From NCBI RefSeq assembly GCF_000092105.1, contig NC_014148.1, positions 1,080,001-1,112,000 of the forward strand: a stretch of DNA of 32,000 nucleotides, in the 5' to 3' direction. This stretch comes from Planctopirus limnophila DSM 3776. Lineage in GTDB: Bacteria > Planctomycetota > Planctomycetia > Planctomycetales > Planctomycetaceae. The position numbers were made by a program, and so were the translations under genes. Every line of letters begins with the position of its first letter. Positions within the stretch are counted from its first letter, which is position 1. The notes under the pieces were generated by a model that saw nothing but the letters and a program-made list of their open reading frames with translations, did no database searches and had not been told where the DNA came from. Positions 25,365-32,000 of the stretch are shown here, one piece after another.

Positions 25365-25416
25365 CATGCCAAGGAGCGCGATTAAATCCCTGAATCCATC
25401 GAGTTGCGGATGGCTG

Positions 25417-27459
25417 CTATGTGCCATCGCTGCTTTTGGTCAAAGGACGGGAAGGTGGTGGCAATTCGCTGGTGGGAAGCGTCTCATTGCGGGATTCGGC
25501 AGGTGCTGTGGAATCGGAAGTTGATTGGGCTGGCAAAGTTGTCTGATTCGAAGCTGGCTTGAGTGAGCCCAAATCAAAGGGGACAGCCCGAATCTTCCAG
25601 CCACTTCGATTCTCATCCGTTGACAGCGAGTGACTTACTTTTCCACTGGTCGAATCTTTGGTTTCGGGAACAGCGAGAAGTTTGTCATTCTGAGGCGAAG
25701 TGCTGGAGAGCGAACGATCCTGCACGTTTTCCACCTTCAGGGCGGAGGCCGGTGCCAGAATCGAAATTGCCGACGGAGCCGCATTGAAGCGTTCTGGTTC
25801 CTCGCCAGAGTTGAGCGTAGGACGAGTGATTGTTCCCGAGACATTTAACGATCGCAGCCGGGCCTGCTGCTCTCGAATGTCTTCAATTGTCGGTACAGGG
25901 AGTTGCCCGGCGGGGCTCATGTTCTGAGTGGTCGTGGCGGGTTTGAGTGGCGTAGGTGCCGGTTCAGCGGGTGTCACCTGGACTGGCGCAGGAGTGGGGA
26001 CTACGGCTGGTGGCAATACCACTGGTGCAGTACCAGGTATCACTGGGGAACTGGCACTGGCAGGCCCGGTCTCGGTACTCGATTTGTCTGGAGAGTTTGA
26101 TTTGATTTCCGTCGCTGGAAGAGTGTTCTGATCAGGCCCAGGTTTCGTGGCAGGCACAGCACCCGGGGTGGCGGTGATCCCTGGTAGCATTGCGGAAGGC
26201 TGGGGATCGTTCGCTGGTTTTGATTCAGGAGTGGGTTCGGCAACAGGCTTAGGCCAGACCCGACTGTGATAAATCCGCAAAGCATTCAAAGAGTGATAGA
26301 GTGGTCCGCAGTCCGAAGGAGCTTTGCGATTGTCAATCATATCCTTGGAGAGCACGGTCACGGCATTTCGCACCCACTGTTCGTTGAGCCTTTCGGCTGG
26401 TAGTGCGGCTGCCAAAAATTCCAGAGTATGCCCGGTGGTATTCAATCGGGAATTGAGATCGGTCGAGTAGCCTGGGCCTTGATAGAACTTACTCGAAAAG
26501 GTGCCATCCGGATTCTGCATGGAGCGGGCCGTCTCGGTGTATCGTTTGATCTTGTAATCGGCTTCAAACCAGACTCCGTTCAGGGGCAGGCCTTCCTTGA
26601 TGTGCTTGTCTCGGGCACGCGCCAGCGCGAACAAGCCGTGGTTCCCTCCGCAAGCCCCCTTTTCAACGGCGGCTGCATTCTGGATCTGCACCAGTCGTTC
26701 GATACTCCACGGCTCGTTTCGTGCATTGGCCCACTGAGTCGTGGTGGGGTAATAGTGAACCAGAGCCCACAGCACCCACGTGATTTCTTCACGGTCGTTG
26801 ACATCGCGCATGCTCGTCTGCAGCATCTCGGTGATCGTGACATCCCGAGTGGGGGTCTTGAAGGCGAAGGTGGGCGGTAGATCGGATTCCGACAGCAAGG
26901 CGAGGAATTGTGATGGGTGACCTTCAAAGGCATAGGCGCGTGTGAAGGGATGAAACTTCCCGCCATTAGGCGTAATCAGGATCCAGGGTTTACCATCAAA
27001 CTGGGGATTCGAACTGGCGATCCAGGAAATGGCCGAGACCTTCTCGTTACCCAGTTTGAGTTGAAATGATTCGTGAAGTGCCAGGATCCCATGGAAAATC
27101 TGCCACGGCGTATGCACGTTAGCCGTCAGATATCGCTGACTCGTGACCTGAATGGCTGTCGAAACCTGCTGATAAAGCGGATCGCTCAAAGGATCATTCG
27201 CAGGAAAGGGCGGTGCGGGGACCATAAAGGTTCTGGGCGCTACCGCGGCAGGAGGTGTTACGACTCCACTTCCCGCCGGTGAACTGGCACCTGCCGAAGT
27301 TCCCCCCGTGGCAGGATTCACAGGAGTCGCAACTCCCGTGGGGTTCGCACCTGGTGGCAGAGACGATGGCCCGGTGATCGCACCTGTCTGAGCGTGGACA
27401 GACGACAACATCCCCAGCGAAAGCAATCCGCAGGCCAGCGCCCTTTTCAGGAAGTGCAT
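25417..27459 (-). CDS. Large secreted hypothetical protein (680 aa): central globular domain flanked by Pro/Thr/Ala-rich regions
   Basis: ATG 27459 gives MHFLKRALACGLLSLGMLSSVHA/QTG, a clear Sec signal. The central ~330 aa contain ACGGNHGLFALARA, MQNPDGTFSSKFY and TTGHTLEFLAAAL. The Q-x2-DG-x-F block is reminiscent of prenyltransferase/terpene-cyclase alpha/alpha-toroid repeats, but the evidence is weak. The C-terminal ~260 aa are P/T/S/A-rich. Confidence 0.75.
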   Translation of the reverse strand: MHFLKRALACGLLSLGMLSSVHAQTGAITGPSSLPPGANPTGVATPVNPATGGTSAGASSPAGSGVVTPPAAVAPRTFMVPAPPFPANDPLSDPLYQQVSTAIQVTSQRYLTANVHTPWQIFHGILALHESFQLKLGNEKVSAISWIASSNPQFDGKPWILITPNGGKFHPFTRAYAFEGHPSQFLALLSESDLPPTFAFKTPTRDVTITEMLQTSMRDVNDREEITWVLWALVHYYPTTTQWANARNEPWSIERLVQIQNAAAVEKGACGGNHGLFALARARDKHIKEGLPLNGVWFEADYKIKRYTETARSMQNPDGTFSSKFYQGPGYSTDLNSRLNTTGHTLEFLAAALPAERLNEQWVRNAVTVLSKDMIDNRKAPSDCGPLYHSLNALRIYHSRVWPKPVAEPTPESKPANDPQPSAMLPGITATPGAVPATKPGPDQNTLPATEIKSNSPDKSSTETGPASASSPVIPGTAPVVLPPAVVPTPAPVQVTPAEPAPTPLKPATTTQNMSPAGQLPVPTIEDIREQQARLRSLNVSGTITRPTLNSGEEPERFNAAPSAISILAPASALKVENVQDRSLSSTSPQNDKLLAVPETKDSTSGKVSHSLSTDENRSGWKIRAVPFDLGSLKPASNQTTLPAQSTSDSTAPAESRNETLPTSELPPPSRPLTKSSDGT

Positions 27460-28002
27460 TCGAAGTATTCCTTGACGACGAACTCGGATCGCTGTGCCCG
27501 CAGATACGCACCACATACGTTTTCAAGCCTTTGTACAGGAAAGACTGACTGCAGCATCCAAGCTGACTTCGAACAAATGCCTGATGGCCAAAGGTCTTCT
27601 CCAAGGAGAGCTTCCTTCAGGCCATTATCATGCGTCAACTTTCCATCAACGCTGTCTTATTTGAATATCTGAGAGATATGACCGGCCAAATCGGCCGAAC
27701 GTCTCAAAGATGTTTTTCAATCAATCCCTGAGAGTTCTGCCCTATACGCGACTTTTCGGCAGGATCATGAGGGTGGATTGAACAGGAATCGAACTCGAAT
27801 TGAAACGTTAACATGGCCAGTTCCACACTTCAGCATCAATCATGCAAAAGCTGCTTCCCTCAGGCGTACTATTGCAAAAAACTCTGACAATTGCCCATTT
27901 CAATGCATGAACTGCCGATCTTTCATTAGCCCAGTTCACGACACTTCAGCCACTTCGATTTAATTTTTGCAACCAATGATTTGCCAGGGCATGTATTCCG
28001 CG

Positions 28003-29727
28003 TCATGAGCCGCTCGACATGTTGAAGAGAATTGGGGTGACAATCACTTTGCGTAGTTGTCCCATATTCTCAACTTCCAGTTCTGTCGGTTCTGTCATCT
28101 GGTCGGCAGTTTGTCTCCATTTTTGAATGGATCCCACGGGTTGACGAGCCACCGTGTAGATCCAATCTCCGGGAACCAAACCTGCTGTGGCTGCTGGCGA
28201 AAAAGGGATGACATCTGTGACTCCCACTATTTGAGGCATGGCGGAATCTGAGCGAGTGGCGACACCGACGCGGATCGCGGAACCCGCCAGATGAAGATTG
28301 ACCTCTCGCTGAGTCCCATCGGGTTTCCTGAGTATGACAGGGACGACGGGCGGAGCTGTCACCACGAGAGATTTCAGTCGTGGTGTGTTCAATTCGGTAA
28401 ATGGGCCGAATGAAATCATCCGCTCGCCGACTTCAATACCAGCCAGCGCAGCCGGAGAGCCGGGACGCACATAATCGATCAATATTTCGCCCTGCTCGGC
28501 CGGTTCGTTTTTCCAGGTGAGCCCGAGTCTTGGAGGAGTCGCTGCCAGAGGAGTGACATACTGGATACCCCTTTGGCTTTCCTGGAAAACTTCATTTCGA
28601 AAAGCTGGGAGGGAGTCCTGATTTCCCAAAGCCAGCACTGCTCGAAAGATCCAGCGGGATATCCGCTCGATGCCTTCAAAATCAAGTCGATCGGCATCGT
28701 CTGTGGGGCGGTGATAGTCTTCGTGCAGCTCTGTATCGACCTGCAAGGCCGGGATCCGGCGGCTGTAAAATGGCCAGTGATCGGAATCGGAATTGACTGT
28801 GTCATCAAACTTGATGCGCAGCTTCGAACTCTGATTGGCCCGGGCGAGGATCTCGCGAAACCCTGCCATCGAACGCCACCCTTGTACCTTGACGGTATCG
28901 TTGCGTAAACGTCCCACCATATCGGTATTGATCACCGCTCGAATTCGATCTGTGCGAACTAAGCCGCTGTTAATCCAATGAGTCGAGCCGATCAGGCCGT
29001 TTTCTTCTGAATCCCAAAAGGCAATGATGACCGTACGCCTTAGTGGTGGGTGTGCATCCAGAGCACGGGCCATACTCAACAGCAGTGATGTGCCGCTGGC
29101 GTTATCGTCGGCTCCGTTGTGGATCTGTCCCACGCCACCCCGGCTGTTGTTCACATTCCCATAACCCACATGATCGAAATGGGCTCCCAGGAGAATCACT
29201 TCCTCTCGCAACGCGGGATCACTGCCGGTTTTCTTCGCGAGAATGTTGCGGCAGTTATTCCCGAATTCCTGATACCACTGATATGTGCCGGCTGGTTCAA
29301 GAGCGGTTTTCTTGAGTTCGGTTACCAGGTAAGCCGCCGCTGCCTGACCGCCACGACTTCCCGCCTGACGGCCTTCTAATGCATCGCTGGCCAGAACTCC
29401 GACCGTTTGCCGGATGGCATCGCGATGAATCAGACTTTCCGCGGACAGGCTTTCGGCTGAAGAGGCGGATGAGTGAGTTTTGCTGTTGAGTGCTGCGTTG
29501 GCTTCAGCATTGGCGGCTGTCAGTATGTCTGGCTTCTGGAGAACTTCTGCTGGAGAGACCTGTGCTTCGGCAGCATGCAGCGTTTGATCGTTACCTGGCC
29601 CAATACAGGCGATGAGTGTCAGCAGGCACAGCCACAGCTTGAGTGAGGGTGCATGTTCGCATCTCCGGTCATGGCTCAAGCCGCAGCGTTTCTGATCACT
29701 GTCACTTACTGGAAATCCGAAATTCAT
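28003..29727 (-). CDS. M28 family aminopeptidase fused to two C-terminal PDZ domains
   Basis: M28 metal-ligand blocks are present: LLGAHFDHVG, GADDNASGTSLLLSMARAL, IAFWDSEENGLIGSTHW and DYHRPTDD. Two PDZ-like blocks follow: IDYVRPGSPAALAGIEVGERMISFG and VTDVIPFSPAATAGLVPGDWIYTV. Start chosen at ATG 29727 (MNFGF..., hydrophobic LKLWLCLLTLIACIG). The ORF-track start at 29793 is a TTG, so the start is uncertain. Confidence 0.85.
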   Translation of the reverse strand: MNFGFPVSDSDQKRCGLSHDRRCEHAPSLKLWLCLLTLIACIGPGNDQTLHAAEAQVSPAEVLQKPDILTAANAEANAALNSKTHSSASSAESLSAESLIHRDAIRQTVGVLASDALEGRQAGSRGGQAAAAYLVTELKKTALEPAGTYQWYQEFGNNCRNILAKKTGSDPALREEVILLGAHFDHVGYGNVNNSRGGVGQIHNGADDNASGTSLLLSMARALDAHPPLRRTVIIAFWDSEENGLIGSTHWINSGLVRTDRIRAVINTDMVGRLRNDTVKVQGWRSMAGFREILARANQSSKLRIKFDDTVNSDSDHWPFYSRRIPALQVDTELHEDYHRPTDDADRLDFEGIERISRWIFRAVLALGNQDSLPAFRNEVFQESQRGIQYVTPLAATPPRLGLTWKNEPAEQGEILIDYVRPGSPAALAGIEVGERMISFGPFTELNTPRLKSLVVTAPPVVPVILRKPDGTQREVNLHLAGSAIRVGVATRSDSAMPQIVGVTDVIPFSPAATAGLVPGDWIYTVARQPVGSIQKWRQTADQMTEPTELEVENMGQLRKVIVTPILFNMSSGS

Positions 29728-30058
29728 GAATGCATGCCCTTGCCGCGACTTGCGGGCCGACGTTTTGAGAATCTCTTCGCTTCGATGTGTCAAATCCCGA
29801 TGGCAGAAAAGCTTATGCCGAAGCTTCAGGATTCCTGCCAGCCTTGAAGGTTGACTGTAACAATAAACCCGGAAATGACTTACAAAGAATTCGCAGCGAG
29901 GTGGGGCGACAGTTGCAAACTTTGTCGCTGCTGCGATAATGCTTAATTACTAAGCAATGCAGAGATTTTGAAAAAGAAATGTCTGCCACATCGAAGCGTT
30001 TCTGAAAATTGTTCAGAGACGGGCCTGATTGATCAGGTCTCCCAACGAGAGGAAATGA

Positions 30059-30343
30059 ATGGCCCAGTACACCAAAACCGAAATCAAGAAGCTTCGCAAG
30101 AAGCGTCAGCGTCTCAAGAAGAAGCTCAAGTGCCGCTTCTGTCCGGATGGCTGCGATAAGCCACCACGTCCGATCTTTGTCGATTACAAAGATCTCAAGA
30201 CACTCCGCGCAATGATTGACCGCGAAGGCAATCTGCTCGCTCGCCGCAAGACGGGTACCTGCGTGAAGTATCAGCGTGTGGTGCGTGATGCAGTTCTGCG
30301 GGCTCGCTTCATGGGACTTCTCCCCTACGTGGCTGAAGAGTAA
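30059..30343 (+). CDS. rpsR: 30S ribosomal protein S18 with basic N-terminal extension and a Cys cluster
   Basis: The core [52 protein letters not shown] is typical S18. It is preceded by a Lys/Arg-rich leader and CRFCPDGC. Confidence 0.92.
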   Translation: MAQYTKTEIKKLRKKRQRLKKKLKCRFCPDGCDKPPRPIFVDYKDLKTLRAMIDREGNLLARRKTGTCVKYQRVVRDAVLRARFMGLLPYVAEE

Positions 30344-30368
30344 GGCCCTACGCGGCTGAAGAGTAAAG
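30323..30368 (+). repeat. 23-bp tandem duplication spanning the rpsR stop codon
   Basis: CCCTACGTGGCTGAAGAGTAAGG (30323-30345) is immediately followed by CCCTACGCGGCTGAAGAGTAAAG (30346-30368), with 2 mismatches. Confidence 0.9.
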
Positions 30369-30379
30369 AGATATTCAAA

Positions 30380-30416
30380 GGGCTGCTGGATGACTTCCAG
30401 CAGCCCTTTTTCTGTT
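30380..30416 (+). terminator. Intrinsic terminator of rpsR
   Basis: 11-bp stem GGGCTGCTGGA / TCCAGCAGCCC, 5-nt loop, then TTTTTCTGTTT. Confidence 0.85.
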
Positions 30417-30496
30417 TGATCACGATTAGGGACCATGATTTTTGACTAGCCACTGATACGGTTCCCAGGAAACAACGGCGCGTTGTTGGTCGCGAA

Positions 30497-30528
30497 GGCA
30501 TGCTTGCCCAGAGCTGCAAGCATGGCAC
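30497..30528 (+). repeat. 32-nt hairpin repeat 'H', copy 3
   Basis: GGCATGCTTGCCCAGAGCTGCAAGCATGGCAC, located between convergent rpsR and moaE. Confidence 0.88.
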
Positions 30529-30614
30529 ACAGAGCGATATTTTTTCATAGAAAGCATATGAGCAGTCTTCGGGTCGGAAGATGCCCGGCGAACTGTCCCT
30601 GACATGCTGATCGA

Positions 30615-31022
30615 TCAGGGATGAACCCATTCCTGACTGCCATCGGACCAGTTCTCTTTCTTCCAGATGGGGACACGCCGCTTCAACTCATCAATAACGT
30701 ATTGCCCTGCCGCAAAGGCGGAATCTCGATGAGGAGCAGAGACCGCGACTCCCACGCTGATTTCGCCCAACGTCAGGTGGCCGAGCCGATGGATGGTCTC
30801 GATCTTCGCCAATATCCACTTTTCGCGGGCCTCGGCTTCAATTCGCTCCATCTCGGCAATCGCCATGGGTGCGAATGCTTCGTAATCGAGAGCCAGGGTC
30901 TGTCGCTGATTCGTAAACTCCCGCACGGTTCCCAGAAACAGGATCACGGCCCCCGCTTGTGTTGTCTGGACAGCGCAAAGCAACTGCTGTGAATCAATCG
31001 GTTGTTCAGTCAGTTTTGGCAT
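30615..31022 (-). CDS. moaE: Molybdopterin synthase catalytic subunit MoaE
   Basis: 135 aa. GAVILFLGTVREF, HRLGHLTLGEISVGVAVSAPHRDSAFAAGQYVIDELKRRVPIWKKE is the canonical MoaE core. It sits directly downstream of moaD. Confidence 0.9.
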   Translation of the reverse strand: MPKLTEQPIDSQQLLCAVQTTQAGAVILFLGTVREFTNQRQTLALDYEAFAPMAIAEMERIEAEAREKWILAKIETIHRLGHLTLGEISVGVAVSAPHRDSAFAAGQYVIDELKRRVPIWKKENWSDGSQEWVHP

Positions 31023-31107
31023 CTTGCTCCTGGTTTTTCCACTGACACAAAGCTGATGAGTTGTGAGATCAGGCCTTCATGATGAAGACGCATAAAACGC
31101 GAGAGGC

Positions 31108-31386
31108 TCACCCACCACTCACGGGTGGAAAACAGGCGACCGGCTCGCCGGGTTGAACCACGGTATTTTCATCTGCGTACTGAGTCCCGACGGCAAAGAG
31201 CAGCTTCGACCCGAGGGAAGCCAGTCGCGGAAATCGAGTCATGAGAGCGTGCTGAACATCTGCGATTGTGACAGGTCGCCCGTCGACAGGAACTTCGAGC
31301 GAAACCCTGGCGACATTGGTGAGTTCCCGTGCCAGGGCAAACAATTGCACGTCCACAACCTGTTCATGAATCATCGTGGAATTCAT
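31108..31386 (-). CDS. moaD: Molybdopterin synthase sulfur carrier subunit MoaD (ThiS/MoaD ubiquitin-like)
   Basis: 92 aa from ATG 31386, with AGGAGG 7 nt upstream. Ends in the diagnostic ...FPPVSGG. The longer ORF-track start (31611) would overlap the upstream gene and lacks an SD. Confidence 0.85.
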   Translation of the reverse strand: MNSTMIHEQVVDVQLFALARELTNVARVSLEVPVDGRPVTIADVQHALMTRFPRLASLGSKLLFAVGTQYADENTVVQPGEPVACFPPVSGG

Positions 31387-31546
31387 CGGATCACCTCCTG
31401 AAGCGGAAATGAAATCTGCTGGCACGGGTCTGGTCGCTGATTGACAACGGGAGACATCACCAACCGATAACAACTTCCATGTGCCGCACCCCGATTTTAC
31501 TATTCCCGGAAAAGAAGTGGGTAACTTAATCGACGCGGATTGTCCA

Positions 31547-32000
31547 TCATTCGAGAGTATATTTTCTGGTCTGGTGCTTGAACCGGACCTTGAGTTCCGG
31601 CATGAGACCATAAGCCATCGCCATCAGTTTGATGGGATGTAATGTCGGCGTGGCGGTGCGCTGGGTCATCTGCAAACGACAGCCACTGCATTCAGTCACG
31701 CCAAAATCCCAGTCCCGGGATCGCATGGTTTCCATGAGTTCATGGCCGATTTTCATCGAGGTCTGGAAATGTTTGCTCGACAGCCCAAAGGTGCCAGCCA
31801 TGCCCGAACATCCCCGTTCGACGGCATGCAGTTCCAGCTTGGGAATCAGCCGGCAGATCTCCAGAAGAGGCTGTCTTTCGCCGAGTGATTTCAAATGGCA
31901 GGGAGTATGATAAACCGCCCGCATGGGGGTCATCGCGAGAGGCTCTGTCGGTATGGGTAAGCGCCCCTGTGCCGCTAATTCTGCTAAAAATGCCCCCGCT
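31547..32000 (-). CDS. (Fe-S)-binding oxidoreductase subunit, GlcF/LutA/HdrD-like CCG domain, C-terminal part (5' end outside the window)
   Basis: The minus frame stays open from 31933 to the window end, so the gene is truncated. Cys-rich CCG-type blocks VYHTPCHLK, VERGCSGMAGTFG and VTECSGCRLQM are present. Confidence 0.7.
   Translation of the reverse strand, partial: AGAFLAELAAQGRLPIPTEPLAMTPMRAVYHTPCHLKSLGERQPLLEICRLIPKLELHAVERGCSGMAGTFGLSSKHFQTSMKIGHELMETMRSRDWDFGVTECSGCRLQMTQRTATPTLHPIKLMAMAYGLMPELKVRFKHQTRKYTLE

Noticed and set aside
29813-30436. 207-aa minus-strand ORF
   Set aside because: It is fully antisense to rpsR (a clear S18) and runs through the rpsR terminator. It has no motifs. 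It is a shadow ORF.
31387-31611. N-terminal 75-aa extension of moaD given in the ORF track
   Set aside because: MoaD is a ~80-95 aa ubiquitin-like protein. ATG 31386 has a perfect AGGAGG SD. The extension would overlap the upstream Fe-S protein gene (31547-31611).

Overview
This 32 kb window reads as core chromosome from a Planctomycetota (Planctomycetaceae-like) genome, roughly 53% GC by eye. The phylum call rests on three things. There is a prepilin-leader DUF1559 / H-X9-DG protein. Many signal-peptide proteins carry Pro/Thr/Ser-rich tails. The ribosomal protein genes rpsU, rpsT and rpsR are scattered singly. I can support 24 protein-coding genes (2 cut by window edges), one tRNA-Leu(GAG), about nine intrinsic terminators and a set of structured intergenic repeats. 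Gene content is mostly housekeeping: truA, serS, M20 peptidase, trpD, pcrA/uvrD, rpsU, fumC, rpsT, nfeD-floA, M28-PDZ peptidase, rpsR, moaD-moaE and a glcF-like Fe-S protein. I see no transposase, integrase, CRISPR array, restriction-modification, toxin-antitoxin or recognisable anti-phage module, and no obvious compositional island. I therefore cannot claim a clear novel protein system. The strongest unexplained signal is non-coding. A modular family of hairpin repeats fills several 3' intergenic spacers (3.4-3.76 kb, 8.13-8.59 kb, 16.4-16.6 kb, 25.2-25.4 kb, 30.5 kb). Its ~33-nt arms always occur as inverted pairs and show compensatory stem changes. It also includes a 129-bp tandem duplication and one element bounded by terminal inverted repeats. 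The candidate uncharacterised protein modules are: a three-gene nfeD-floA-orf cluster; an ExeA-like AAA ATPase with a small membrane partner and no secretion genes nearby; two large secreted orphan proteins (730 and 680 aa); and a translationally coupled coiled-coil/secreted pair at the left edge. All family assignments come from motif recognition by eye; no database search or folding computation was run.
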